Assembly: GCA_964019335.1 (NCBI GenBank)
Contig: OZ025739.1
Coordinates: 186,001 to 250,000, forward strand
DNA: 64,000 nt
Direction of reading: 5' to 3'
Origin: Diplonema japonicum
Taxonomy: Eukaryota; Protista; Euglenozoa: Diplonemea
Shown here: in pieces, positions 1-12,900 of the stretch
How the letters are laid out: each line of letters opens with the position of its first letter
Position numbering within the stretch: the stretch's first letter is position 1
Translations under genes and position numbers: made by a program
The notes under the pieces: model-generated
Told to the model about the DNA's origin: nothing
The model's database searches: none
Seen by the model: the letters and a program-made list of their open reading frames with translations, nothing else

Positions 1-2
1 TT

Positions 3-155
3 TTTTTCCAAAAGGTCACCAGCAAAGAATCGCTGGATCAACGGCACAGACAGCTCGCCGCGTGGTTCTTGGCTATGTTTGAGCGGTCGTTGACTGACGA
101 CTACAAAGTTCTCAGGCCGGTGCTCCGAGAATTTCTTGACTCGACGCATGTCTGA
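3..155 (+). CDS. 3' end of an upstream gene (partial), possibly a PX-domain C-terminus
   Basis: Open frame FFQKVTSKESLDQRHRQLAAWFLAMF...LREFLDSTHV* ends at TGA 153-155 and is followed by an A/T tract. The spacing resembles the PX-domain end (LxxRxxxLxxY/WL...LxxFL). Confidence 0.45.
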   Translation, partial: FFQKVTSKESLDQRHRQLAAWFLAMFERSLTDDYKVLRPVLREFLDSTHV

Positions 156-515
156 AAAAAAAAAAAAGTTTTTTTTTTGATTTGTATCTACTTACTGTAT
201 CTTTCCCTTGAGAAAAAAAAAAAAGAAAAAGAAGTGTGCGTTTTTGAAAAAAAAAAAAGAAGAAAGAAAAGGAAAAAAAAAAAAAAAATGATGCCTTTGC
301 TGGTCATCCTCGAGGCAATTAGAAGAAAGAAACAAAAAAAAAAAAAAAAAAAAAATATTAGAGAGCGTTAGTGCTTGGTGGCAGTCATTTCCATATTTTT
401 TTTTTCTTTCTTCTTCCGTTTAGTCAGTTCGATTTTTTTTTCTCTTTTTTTTTTTTTTTTCTGGTTTGCCGGTTTCATAACACACATTAGGAGTTATAAA
501 AAGACTTAAGAAACT

Positions 516-1306
516 ATGTCGAAGATCCAGCCCGTCGTTTTGGCCGATGCCATGAAGGCCATCCTCGACCACGCTGCTGACAAGAAGCGTTCCTTCAACG
601 AGTCCATCGAGCTCCACGTTAACCTGAAGAACTACGACACCCAGAAGGACAAGCGTTTCTCCGGGTCCATCCCCCTCCCCCACGTTGCCCGTCCCCGTAT
701 GTCTGTGTGCATCATCGGTGACGCCTACCACTACGAGCAGGCCGCCAGGCACGACATCCCCAAGGTATGATAAATCAAAAGAAAAAAGTGAAAACCCACA
801 ATCAAAAAACAGATGAACATTGAGGACCTCAAGAAGCTGAACAAGAACAAGAAGCTGGTGAAGAAGATGTGCGCCGGGTTCAACGCGTTCATTGCCAGCG
901 AGTCCCTCATCAGGACCATCCCCAAGTATGGAAATAGAAAAAAAAAAAAAAAACCAGGGTTGTTGGTCCCCACATGAACCGTGCCGGTAAGTTCCCCACC
1001 GCTGTTGCCCAGGGGGATGACCTCACGGCCAAGGTATGTGTTTTATTTTATTTTTACCACTTTTATTCAATTTTTTTCTTCTTCTTCCTCCAGATCAACG
1101 ACATGCGCTCCACCATCAAGTTCCAGCTGAAGAAGGTTTTGAACCTTGGTATCGTTGTTGGACACGTTGAGATGACCGCTGAGGACCTTAGGCAGAACAT
1201 CCTGAAGTCTATCAACTTCTTGGTGTCCCTCCTCAAGAAGAACTGGCAGAACGTGAAGTCTCTTTACATCAAGTCGACCTTCGGGCCTGGTCAGAGGATC
1301 TACTAA
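516..1306 (+). CDS. RPL10A: 60S ribosomal protein L10a (uL1), copy 1; exons 516-764, 813-925, 958-1033, 1094-1306
   Basis: Motifs [37 protein letters not shown] and [22 protein letters not shown]. Three GT-AG introns (765-812, 926-957, 1034-1093) join into one continuous frame. Confidence 0.97.
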
Positions 1307-1446
1307 GTATTGGGTAGCTTAGCTTTTCCTTCTTTTTAAGCCTTTTTACTGGAAAAAAAAAAATCTTTTTTTTGCGCGCTTCGTGACAACCATCCTTTTT
1401 TTTAAAATATATATATATAAAAGGGACATCAGAAAGCTAAAGAACA

Positions 1447-1872
1447 ATGTCGAAGATCCAGCCCGTCGTTTTGGCCGATGCCATGAAGGCCATCCTCGAC
1501 CACGCTGCTGACAAGAAGCGTTCCTTCAACGAGTCCATCGAGCTCCACGTTAACCTGAAGAACTACGACACCCAGAAGGACAAGCGTTTCTCCGGGTCCA
1601 TCCCCCTCCCCCACGTTGCCCGTCCCCGTATGTCTGTGTGCATCATCGGTGACGCCTACCACTACGAGCAGGCCGCCAGGCACGACATCCCCAAGGTATG
1701 ATAAATCAAGAAAAAAGTGAAAACCCACAATCAAAAAACAGATGAACATTGAGGACCTCAAGAAGCTGAACAAGAACAAGAAGCTGGTGAAGAAGATGTG
1801 CGCCGGGTTCAACGCGTTCATTGCCAGCGAGTCCCTCATCAGGACCATCCCCAAGTATGGAAATAAAAAAAA

Positions 1873-1903
<31 letters not shown>

Positions 1904-2237
1904 CCAGGGTTGTTGGTCCCCACATGAACCGTGCCGGTAAGTTCCCCACCGCTGTTGCCCAGGGGGATGACCTCACGGCCAAGGTATATGTGTTTTATTT
2001 ATTTTTACCACCTTCTTCCTGCAGATCAACGACATGCGCTCCACCATCAAGTTCCAGCTGAAGAAGGTTTTGAACCTTGGTATCGTTGTTGGACACGTTG
2101 AGATGACCGCTGAGGACCTTAGGCAGAACATCCTGAAGTCCATCAACTTCTTGGTGTCCCTCCTCAAGAAGAACTGGCAGAACGTGAAGTCTCTTTACAT
2201 CAAGTCGACCTTCGGGCCTGGTCAGAGGATCTACTAG
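1447..2237 (+). CDS. RPL10A: 60S ribosomal protein L10a (uL1), copy 2; exons 1447-1695, 1742-1854, 1908-1983, 2025-2237
   Basis: Exons are nearly identical to copy 1; introns 1696-1741, 1855-1907 and 1984-2024 sit at the same positions. Confidence 0.97.
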
Positions 2238-2876
2238 AAAGGGTGTTTGTTGAGGGCAAAGAAGGAGCACATTGTGAGGGGGAAGAAAAAAAAAAGAAAA
2301 AGAAGGGGGTAGGGGGAAAAAAAGAAAAGATCAGTAACAGGCGACAGGGCGTGTGTTATATAAAAAAAAAAAAATGAGTAGGCACAAAAGGAAGAGGGGC
2401 AGGGACAGAGTAAAAAAAAAAAAAAAAAAATTGAAGATGGGGGGAGGGGTGGGCTAGTACGGTTGAAGGACAACGACGCCAAGTAATTAAGGGAATGAAG
2501 AAAAAAAAAAGAGCAAAAAAAAAAAAAGCGCAAAAATTAGCTATCCACGAGTCGTGCTTTTCTTTTTTCTTCTCTTTTTTCTTATTCTCATTTGTTGGCT
2601 GATGGGGGGGGAGGGGAAAAAAAAAGCGAGAAAGGATGGCTGAAACTGATTGTTCTCCTGTGATGGCGCTGTCATGCCTTTTACCCCCCTTTACTCTCCC
2701 CTCCTCAACCCCTGCGTGGTTTGCTGGTAATTTTTTTTTTAAAAAGAGTTTCACCTTGTCATCATCTTTTCAAAAAAAAACTTTTTTCGAGCTTCTTTTT
2801 CATTTTCTTTTTTTTCTTTTTTCCCCTCGCTTGTCGTCTCCGGCTTCTCTCTAGGGCTTTTTTTTTTTTAGCATCA

Positions 2877-2908
<32 letters not shown>

Positions 2909-3044
2909 CGCGGAAAATTCAAGAAAATTAGGGCAAAAAAATCCCTTTTTTTAAAAAAAAATATTTCCCCCCCCCAAAAAAAAGTACAATGCAAACAAAA
3001 AAAAACAAAAACAAAAATAACAGGGAGGGTGAGGGGGAAGTACA

Positions 3045-3755
3045 ATGTTTCGGAACACCTTTCAGTCGGGATTCTTATCCATTTTATACAGCATAGGGAG
3101 TCGGCCTTTGCAGATATGGGACAAACAGGTGAAGAATGGGCACATAAAGAGGATCACTGATCAGGTAACAACAACAACAACAACAACAAAAAAAAAAAAA
3201 AAAAAAAAAAAAAAAACACCCACAGGACATCCAGTCCAGCGTGCTGGAACTGATTGGAACCAATGTAAACACTAATTTCATTACTTGTCCCGCTGACCCC
3301 TCCAAAACCTTGGGCATCAAATTACCATTTTTGGTGATGATTATTAAAAATTTAAAGGTTTGGTCTCCACTCCCTCACCCACCCCTTTTCACAGAAATAT
3401 TTTACATTCGAGGTCCAAGTACTGGACGATAAGAACGTAAGGAGAAGATTTCGAGCAAGCAACTACCAAAGCACGACAAGGGTGAAACCTTTCATTTGCA
3501 CAATGCCTATGCGGCTCGACGAAGGGTGGAATCAGATCCAGTTTAATTTATCCGATTTCACAAGGAGGTAAGGGAAAAAAAAAAAAAAAAAAAAAAAAAC
3601 AATTACACAGAGCCTACGGGACAAACTATATTGAGACACTTAGAGTACAAGTGCATGCGAACTGCCGCATTAGGCGGCTGTACTTCTCTGACAGGCTGTA
3701 CTCTGAGGAGGAGCTCCCCCCCGAATTCAAGCTTTTCCTCCCTATTGCAAAGTAG
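3045..3755 (+). CDS. CFAP20: Cilia- and flagella-associated protein 20 (BUG22); exons 3045-3164, 3226-3357, 3395-3567, 3611-3755
   Basis: [25 protein letters not shown]...[25 protein letters not shown]...[29 protein letters not shown]. Three GT-AG introns restore the full-length frame. Confidence 0.97.
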
Positions 3756-3875
3756 GATTGAGGAAGAAAAAAAAGACTTTTTTTTGAAGGGAAAAAAAAA
3801 AGTGTGTAAAAAGTACAGTCCCTCTTTTTTTTATCAGGGAAAAGAAGCCCCCCCCCACTTTTTATTTTTTCTTAA

Positions 3876-4957
3876 CCATCTACCAACGAGCGTCTATATA
3901 TAGACGATTTGAAAAAAATATTTTTACGCAAAGGGCTTTCAATGCAATACGGCCCGGCTCTTTCTTGCCGGCGGGGTCCTGCGCGGAAAATATGAAAAAT
4001 ATAAACTAAATGCTGCCCTAACTTAACAAGAAAATGAAAAAATAAAAAAAAAACGCCAGCCCAAATTTACCCTTAAAAATCACTTCAAAAAAAGGCGCCC
4101 GGAAAGAGGCCGGAAGAGGACGTCATGAGTGATGGCAGCACTGATGGCTCATCCCTATTATGCAATTTTGATACGGACAGTGATTCTGATACGAATTCGA
4201 CCGATTCCGAGTCACAGCAGGGTGATTGGACGGCAAAGCCGGAGCAGTTGGAAGGCATCCGGTTTCGTGAAGATCGGAATCCTTGTGGACCCTGTTTTGA
4301 CATCAAAGGCTCAACGCCATATATTCTCCAAATGCTCGTCCCAAACGTTATTCGGGTCATAACTTCGAACAATGTGGCAAATGCGGCTAAAAAAGGTGTC
4401 TCACTGGATCTCGATGCTGCTTCTCTGCGTACCTTCCTAGGTGTCCTTCTGTCGATGGACTTGGATATCAAGCCAGATTATTCTGATTACTGGTGCACAG
4501 GCTCCACGTCTCTCAACTACACCCCTGGGTACGCCACCGTCATGTCAAGAGACCGCTTTTTGACTATTCTGGGAAATCTGTGTTTCCACAGCGAAACAAA
4601 CAAGCGTGCTGACTTCTACCTATCGCAAAGGCCTCCCGGAGATCATGGATGCCCCAAAGAAGCGAGGCCGCATGCCCAAGGACGCGCATCCTGTGGGGAC
4701 ACCCAGTTCCACCAGCACGCGAGCATCCTTTGCACCACAACGTGACATGACATCATGCCTGTGTGCTTTCTTTCAGGAACGATATTTTTGACAATGTTGT
4801 GGGGGTGGACCCTGCTGTGGGCACCCTCTCTCTAGAATTGGGACATCTGGAGGCATTTCCGGGGGCATATAGCCCCGGCGTTGCGCTAGAATAGCTTTTT
4901 TTTGAAGTTTCGAAAATTTACCCCCCTGGTGGGCAAAAATGGTCCGTTGGTAGATGG
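3876..4957 (+). mobile_element. Internally deleted piggyBac-family DNA transposon
   Basis: 13-bp TIRs CCATCTACCAACG (3876-3888) and CGTTGGTAGATGG (4945-4957), flanked by TTAA at 3872-3875 and 4958-4961; internal transposase fragment. Confidence 0.92.
4125..4745 (+). pseudogene. piggyBac transposase N-terminal fragment
   Basis: Acidic N-terminus, then LRTFLGVLLSM...DYW...YATVMSRDRFLTILGNLCF, matching the PGBD YW...MSRxRF motif. The catalytic DDD region is missing. Confidence 0.8.
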
Positions 4958-5247
4958 TTAACAATATTTTCTTTGTCACCTTGAAACAATAGGAAATCTG
5001 ACAAAATTAAAGGAGAAGGGGGATGTGAGGGCCACATAATCTCTCCTCCCCTGTTAACATTTTCCCCCCCCTTTGTATGTAGGTAGGTCTTTTCTTTTTT
5101 TTTTAATAGTTTTTGAAGGGAGTCAAAAGAATGGAGGGGGGGGAGAAGGGGGAAAAAAAAAAAAAAAAAAAAAGGACACAACTCCTCCATTCCTCTCCTC
5201 ACATCCCCCTCCCCTCCCTCCACATCTCTCTTGTTATCTACCCATTT

Positions 5248-5280
<33 letters not shown>

Positions 5281-5364
5281 TTTTTTTGCCGAAACCACAT
5301 GAACCTTTTAAAGCTTCACACCTCAGCTTTTTGGAGGGGGGGAAAAAAAAGAAAAGAAAAAAAA

Positions 5365-5649
5365 ATGTTAATTATATTCGTTGGTTTACTAATGCTGACA
5401 TTATTGGTTCACGACACTACTGGTGCGTGTTCGGCAGAATGTATAAAAAAGGGGGAGCCCGTAGAGCGACTCCTACACACTTACACAAAGGAAGTTAGCA
5501 ACAACGGGACCTCAAGAAACCTAGAAATTTTCTACCTCAGTATCTTACTTGGTGCCGCCGTCATGGTGTTCTGCTTAGCGATGATGATCTGTCAGTGGAA
5601 GGGAAACACGCCTTGGCCACCAGCTCAAGGGAACAATTTAATAGTTTGA
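5365..5649 (+). CDS. Small putative type I membrane protein (94 aa)
   Basis: ATG follows an A-run, as in the other genes here. Hydrophobic signal-like N-terminus MLIIFVGLLMLTLLV and a TM segment IFYLSILLGAAVMVFCLAMMIC. Confidence 0.5.
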   Translation: MLIIFVGLLMLTLLVHDTTGACSAECIKKGEPVERLLHTYTKEVSNNGTSRNLEIFYLSILLGAAVMVFCLAMMICQWKGNTPWPPAQGNNLIV

Positions 5650-6142
5650 TTGAGAAATGGGAGAGGGGAACGAGATCACAAGAGCATCTAATGCATACAA
5701 GCATCTCGGGTTCCCCCCCTCCCCTCCACCCTATCCTAGAGGAATAGTCACGAAACATATTTGCACCCTCAAAAAGCCCAAGCTACGGGCACCACGACAA
5801 AATACTGCATGTTTCCTTCAAAGTTACGTGTAAAACTGATTTTGTTTCCTTTTTTTTCGACCTGCCACAGAACCCCTGGGGGGGTGTAAGGGCGGTTCCC
5901 ACTCTTTTTTTAATAACCTTTTTTCTCCCTCTTCTCTCCCTAACTTCCTTTTTTTTTTTTTAGGAAAAAAAAAAAAAAAAAAACTCAGAACCCATTCTTA
6001 AAATCTCTAGAAGGTACTCCTTCGGGAAACAAGGTGGGTCGAGTCCTATCTTCATGTATTCTTTTGTTTTCATTTTTTTTTTTTTCTCCGCAAAAAAAAA
6101 AAAAAAAAAAAAAAAGTGGAGGGAGGGGGAACAAAAAAAAAA

Positions 6143-7583
6143 ATGACCCACGCAGGGAAGAGCAAGATGGAGGTGTTGACCTCTAAACCGCTGCTTCACG
6201 AGGTGGACCAAAGCCATTTGCAAAAAGTGCTGGCGATGCTGGTGCAGTCGGTCGACTCGCTTGACACGAAGCAAGACACCACAAACAAAACACTAGTGAG
6301 ACTGGAAGAACGGATCACCACCAATACGAACAATATCATGTCCCTGGAGCAGCAGATGAAAGCCCTGGGCAAAGGATTACAAGACGCACGCATAGAAAAG
6401 GACAAGGACGTTGAAACGTTGAGATGGGACATCGACGAGCTCCGAAAAAACCTCGCAAAGCAACAGGACGAGAACGCGGATATGAAGCAAGCCCTTGGGA
6501 GCATCCAGAACAACGCGGACGGCAAAGACAGAAAAATCGACCAAATAAAAGCCGATCTCCTCCATCAGCTCACCGCACTGCAACGAGACAACACTGCAAG
6601 GAACACAGATGTGAATGACGCCATGAACGACTTAGCATCGAGAGTCGACGGGAAAATTGACGAACATCAATTTCTAAAAGGTCTTGCAGCTCAAGACGAA
6701 GTCATGAAAAGACAATCCGCAGAACTCGAAGCAACCCGTCGCACCGCAACTTCTGCAGAAGAAACCGCTAAAAAGCTCGCAAACGATTTAGAACAAGTAA
6801 AACTCACAACACACAGCAGAGAACGCGCTTTGGAAGACCAACTGAACGATCTTGAAAACTCCATCGAACCAGCCATGAAACGTGCCCAAGCTGCCTCCGA
6901 CGCTGCCACAAGATCTGAACTTGAACAAGCAAAGGAAGAACTAAAGGACGCAACGCGACATATGAACGATCAACTTTTCAACGCGCACGACAGGCTGAAC
7001 AGGCAAGCCGAAGACCAAGCTAAAAACTTTGAAAGAGCAGTTCTCGACGTCGACCGAAAAGTCCAGGAAGGCCTTCGAAATGTCAACAATGACAAGTTAG
7101 CCACACACGATGCTGTCTCAAAGGTCCAAAACGACATCAGCGATATCAAGTACATGGTCGACAAGGCTGATTCTGATCTCCGTAATCTGGTCAACAGGCT
7201 TCGTGACGACACCGACACCAAATTATTGGAGCTTCTCAACGCGGTTCAGAATGTGGAACACGCCAAATCGTTGATGGATAGACAGGTCGCCGAGGCGGGG
7301 CGTATTCTCGCCAGTGTGTTGCCCCACCACGCTCCCCAGTCTGCTGTGGATTCACCGAATTTGCTTAAAGCACGCCTTGATGCGAACCGCCCCCGTCATG
7401 GTGGTGTCAATGGGACGGAAAGGTTTGTATTTAAAGAAAAAAAAAAATAATAAATAAATAAAAAAAAAAAAAAAAAATAGTATGCAGCCGCAGTCTCCAA
7501 CGGATGCGAACGGGCAATCACACCATTACAAAGCGTCGCCGGCGCAAGGTGCGCTTTGTTCTTGTGATGATGATATTTTCTAG
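6143..7583 (+). CDS. Long coiled-coil protein; probable intron 7423-7480
   Basis: About 430-aa heptad-rich ORF. An A-rich GT-AG intron near the end continues in frame (SMQPQSPT...) to TAG 7581-7583. Confidence 0.75.
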
Positions 7584-7891
7584 GGGTTTTTTTTTTTTTT
7601 TTTTTTTATTCGAAAGCGGGTTTTTTTTTTTTTTTTTTTTAGATTTCGTTTTTTTTTTTTTTGAGTGACACGGTGGGGGGGGGGGGGAATATATATATAT
7701 TCAGCCCAGGGGAAGGAGGGGAAAAAAAAAATATAAAGTTTCTTCCTTAACTGCAATATTTCACCCGAACCCCTTTTCAGCTAAAAGGCCCACCCAACTG
7801 TTACCCCTTCCCCCCCTTACTTTCAGTGGCCCCATAGTCGTGAGTTAACTAGCAACCCTGAAATGTATGATGTTAAAAAAAAAAAAAAAAA

Positions 7892-9494
7892 TGGGGCTTT
7901 GGTTGCAACACTATTTGGCGTTAAGTGTGCAGCGTGGTGGGGGGTCTATCTTGTGTTGTTACCCTTCTGCGTCGCTGCATTTTTATCGGCAGATGGGGTG
8001 GGGATACTTCGGGTAGGTTCGAGGTAGGTCGGCACGAGCTTGTCGCTCCAGTCGTCTCTCCCCGGTGAACCGGTTGCGAGTCGCTGTTCGAGGATGAAGC
8101 GTACCTTGTCGTACGATGCGAATGTGGGTCTGCAGGTATACCCTCGGATCCGTTTGTTTGCACCAATGGATCGGAGGGAGGATGTCAAGAAAGGTTTCCC
8201 GGGGATAGGAGGGGGTCGTGCTTTCTTTTCGGCCACCTCTGACAGTTTTGTCAGAACTTTAGCTAGCCGGTTTGCACGCTTACGTACGTCAGCCGTATCT
8301 TCCAAGATGAGCTGTTTGGTCGTGGCCTCAAAGTCGAGTGCGAGCTCTATCCTTGAGACTGAACCATGTGGGCTCCACTGCAGCATGCGAAGCCATTTGA
8401 GCACTTCTGGGACAATCGTATCCCCTTGGAAGTGTTTCAGTCCGTTGTTCTTGTGCCAATCCAGGCTTGGCACCGAGCACCCTCTTCCAACCAGCGGTCT
8501 GTTCCAAGGGAACCTTTCTACCGCGGCCTTCTTCGTTTCCTGCTTCGCGCTCACTCTCCTGATGATCGCAAGCAGCATCTGTTGTATTACCTCTGGCCGT
8601 TCCGTCTTACATTCCAGAGGGATGATGCCGTGTAGTGCAAGGCAGCGTGTGATCCCCTCTTGCCTGTATGCATGCATTGCAGGGGCGAACTCAGGTGCAC
8701 CGCGTACCTCTTCGTGTGCCTTGCATTTCCAGAACGTGTGTATGGTGTACTCGTCTTGCGTGGTGAAGAGCGCCTCACACCCAATACATTGTACCTCTGG
8801 TTCGACGATCGGGTAGCTGCGGAACATGGCACCCGTGATCATCCTCAAGCCAAGTCGTTCCTCTTGCACGGACCTGGCACTCTTCCACACCTCGTTAGTG
8901 CGGACTTCGTCAATTGCGCGGCCGACACCAATAAAGGAGGGTCTGCCTTTGGCAACTGCGTTCCTTCTGATCGCTTTCGTCACTCGCCGTATCTCATGAC
9001 CTCTGGCAGCTTTATGCACGCCCAAGAGGGCCCTGGCCCAAGGCCATCCGAGCTTGGCTGGTTCCAGAAGACGCAGGAGTGTTCCTATGGGACCAGCGGA
9101 CCTCATATTCTTCGTGTACTTCTTCCGGATATTTCTTGCACGCTTTCGTATTCTTCGATTTTCCGCTAGCCTCAGGACGGTGCCCGCCGTCTTGTAGGCA
9201 AAGGCAGCAAGAGGGTCGTGTGTGTGGCCCGGTAGTGCGATGTTCAAGAGCGCGCCCGATGAGCGCGTGGTGTTGTACGGACCCCACAGACAATCTGTTA
9301 CAGCGATCCTAAGGGCGTCGATCTTCGCGTTTGACGGTGGGGCATATGGCGCACCGTATAAGGCAGCGGGTAGAATAGATTGGCTCACGATGAGGGCTTT
9401 CTTTGTAAAGGGTAGTTGTAACGCGGCCAGTCTCTTGGCTGTCTCGACCGCTTTCTCCACCCTCTTGTTGTCAGCCCTACCTTTCCTTTCCATT
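7892..9494 (-). mobile_element. 5'-truncated non-LTR retrotransposon (post-RT thumb region, Zn-knuckle-like motif, C-terminal domain)
   Basis: Minus ORF 7946-9511 has the RT-end motif ILPAALYG, then CxxC...HxxWxC and ELALDFE. It is homologous to 23760-25134. Element-sense flanks are T7AA (5') and T17AA (3'). Confidence 0.82.
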
Positions 9495-9937
9495 TTAAAA
9501 AAAGTCCTCAAAAGATATCAGTTTGATTTACCACACTCTTTTTCTGCCCTTCCCTGAGGGTGGTCCTCAAGAAGGATTTGCCCTTAATATCGCCTTTTTT
9601 TTTTTCTCATTCCTCCCCTCTGTGTGCATGATGGATTCGAGAGAAAAAAAAATTCAAAAAAAAAAGAGGAGAAAAGAAAGTCCTGCTGCTCGCTCTCTCT
9701 AACTGGAATCCTAGGAGTAAGGGTCCAAGCTTAGAAAACGTCGTTTTTTATTTCTCTTCCAAAATCCCTCTCCCCAGTCTTTCCCAAAAAAAAAAAACAT
9801 AGATAAAAACTCCTCTTCCCCCCTCCCCCATTTATCCCCGCTCCCATCCCTACTTGTCGATTTATTTTTTTGGATTTTCCATTTCTCGATGAAACATTTT
9901 TATTTCTCTAATGGTTTAAAAAAAAAAAAAACAAACA

Positions 9938-12900
9938 ATGAAACTCCTAATCCTTGCGGGGCTCCTCGCCCTTGCGGAGGGACGCACCCTGACTCTGAAG
10001 AGGCTTGAGAAGCCCTGCTGGAACGAGAAGAAGTGCAGGGACTGCGATGGGAGGTGTGTGAGGGAGGACATGGTGGCGTGTACGAGGGACCCCTGTCAGG
10101 AGGACCCCTGCGGGGATGGGGAGAAGTGCGTTGCGAACTACTGTGGGGAGTGCAGCGCCTGCTGTCTGGAGCCGAAGGACTGCGACCAGCAGCCGAAGGT
10201 GTGCGGAGACGGGAGCGAGATCCACAGGGACCCCTTCAACAACTGCAGGTTTCCCGAGTGCCCCACGAGGGTGTGCACCCAGGAAGTGAAGACCTGTCCC
10301 GATGGATCCTCCGTGTCGAGGGACCTGAAGAAGAACTGCGCCTTCCCTGAGTGCCCTGTCCCCGCCTGTGTCCCGAAGGGCGCAACCTTCATGGGGGACC
10401 ACGAGACCTGCACGCGCATCGACTTTATTTGCAAGGAAGGGTTCGAGCACTGGTTCGACGTGAAATGCGGCTGTGGTTGCAAGCCGAAGGAAGACTGCCC
10501 CAAAGGCCAGTGCCCCGACTGCGAAGGGAAGTGCATTGATCAGGTGACTTGCATCCACAACCCTTGCTTGACGGACAACGGTGGGTGTGCTGCCGACGAG
10601 GAGTGTGTGGGTTCGTGCGGGTGCTTCAAGTGCGGGTGCAAGAAGAGGGTGTGCACTGAAGATGCCTTCATCTGCCCCGACGGCAGCTCCGTCTCGAGGG
10701 ACCCCGCCAACAACTGCGAGTTCCCGAAGTGCCCTTCTTCCCCTGTGTGCCCTCTTGATGTCAGGGAATGTGCTGATGGCTCGTTCGTCTCGAGGGACCC
10801 GAAGAACAACTGCGAGTTCCCCGAGTGCCCTACCTGCTCGAAGGGCCAGTGCAAGAACTGTGATGGGAAGTGTGTGGAACAAATCAACTGCCTTGTGAAC
10901 CCCTGCACCACACCGGCCAACGGTGGGTGTGCTGCTGACGAATTGTGTGTGGTTGATGACTGTGGTTGCACGAAGTGCGGGTGCGAGAAGAGGGTGTGCA
11001 CTGCTGATGCCTTCATCTGCCCCGACGGCAGCTCCCTCTCGAGGGACCCCGCCAACAACTGTGAGTTCCCGAAGTGCCCCTCTTCCCCTGTGTGCCCTCT
11101 TGATGTCAGGGAATGTGCTGATGGCTCGTTCGTCTCAAGGGACCCGAAGAACAACTGCGAGTTCCCCGAGTGCCCTGTTGTCCACTGCACCCAGGATGCA
11201 AAGCTGTGCCCTGACGGTTCGTTTGTCTCAAGGGACCCGAAGAACAACTGCGAGTTCCCTGAGTGCCCTACCTGCTCGAAGGGCCAGTGCAAGAACTGTG
11301 ATGGGAAGTGTGTGGAACAAATCAACTGCCTTGTGAACCCCTGCACCACACCGGCCAACGGTGGGTGTGCTGCTGACGAATTGTGTGTGGTTGATGACTG
11401 TGGTTGCACGAAGTGCGGGTGCGAGAAGAGGGTGTGCACTGCTGATGCCTTCATCTGCCCCGACGGCAGCTCCGTCTCGAGGGACCCCGCCAACAACTGT
11501 GAGTTCCCGAAGTGCCCTTCTTCCCCTGTGTGCCCTCTGGATGCGAAGCTATGCCCCAACGGGAAGTACGTCTCGAGGAACCCGAAGAACAACTGCGAGT
11601 TCAACCCGTGCGTGGGCGATGCCTGCACAGGTTGCAACAAGTGGCTGAAGTGTGCCAGCTTGGACTGCCCCAAGGCTCCTGGCAGCTGCTACGGGTGTTG
11701 CCAAAAGTGTGTGATTGGAAACGACGGGACCTGCACTGGTGTGACCCCTGTGGAGGCCTGCCCCGTTGACACCCACTACTGCACCCAGGATGCAAAGCTG
11801 TGCCCTGACGGTTCGTTTGTCTCAAGGGACCCGAAGAACAACTGCGAGTTCCCTAAATGCCCTTCTTCCCCTGTGTGCCCTCTTGATGTCAGGGAATGTG
11901 CTGATGGCTCGTTCGTCTCGAGGGACCCGAAGAACAACTGCGAGTTCCCCGAGTGCCCTGTTGTCCACTGCACCCAGGATGCAAAGCTGTGCCCTGACGG
12001 TTCGTTTGTCTCAAGGGACCCGAAGAACAACTGCGAGTTCCCTGAGTGCCCTACCTGCTCGAAGGGCCAGTGCAAGAACTGTGATGGGAAGTGTGTGGAA
12101 CAAATCAACTGCCTTGTGAACCCCTGCACCACACCGGCCAACGGTGGGTGTGCTGCTGACGAATTGTGTGTGGTTGATGACTGTGGTTGCACGAAGTGCG
12201 GGTGCGAGAAGAGGGTGTGCACTGCTGATGCCTTCATCTGCCCCGACGGCAGCTCCGTCTCGAGGGACCCCGCCAACAACTGCGAGTTCCCGAAGTGCCC
12301 CTCTTCCCCTGTGTGCCCTCTGGATGTTAGGGAATGTGCTGACGGTTCGTTCGTCTCAAGGGACCCGAAGAACAACTGCGAGTTCCCCGAGTGCCCTGTT
12401 GTCCACTGCACCCAGGATGCAAAGCTGTGCCCTGACGGTTCGTTCGTCTCGAGGGACCCGAAGAACAACTGTGAATTCCGCGAGTGCCCTACCTGCTCGA
12501 AGGGCCAGTGCAAGAACTGTGATGGGAAGTGTGTGGAACAAATCAACTGCCTTGTGAACCCCTGCACCACACCGGCCAACGGTGGGTGTGCTGCTGACGA
12601 ATTGTGTGTGGTTGATGACTGTGGTTGCACGAAGTGCGGGTGCGAGAAGAGGGTGTGCACTGCTGATGCCTTCATCTGCCCCGACGGCAGCTCCGTCTCG
12701 AGGGACCCCGCCAACAACTGTGAGTTCCCGAAGTGCCCTTCTTCCCCTGTGTGCCCTCTGGATGCGAAGCTATGCCCCAACGGGAAGTACGTCTCGAGGA
12801 ACCCGAAGAACAACTGCGAGTTCAACCCGTGCGTGGGCGATGCCTGCACAGGTTGCAACAAGTGGCTGAAGTGTGCCAGCTTGGACTGCCCCAAGGCTCC

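Noticed and set aside
2234-3045. Poly-Phe/poly-Lys ORFs here and in other intergenic regions
   Set aside because: They arise from homopolymer T/A runs that lack stop codons.
5657-5833. Possible two-exon small ORF after the membrane-protein gene
   Set aside because: It needs a weak GTTCC donor and gives no recognisable product.
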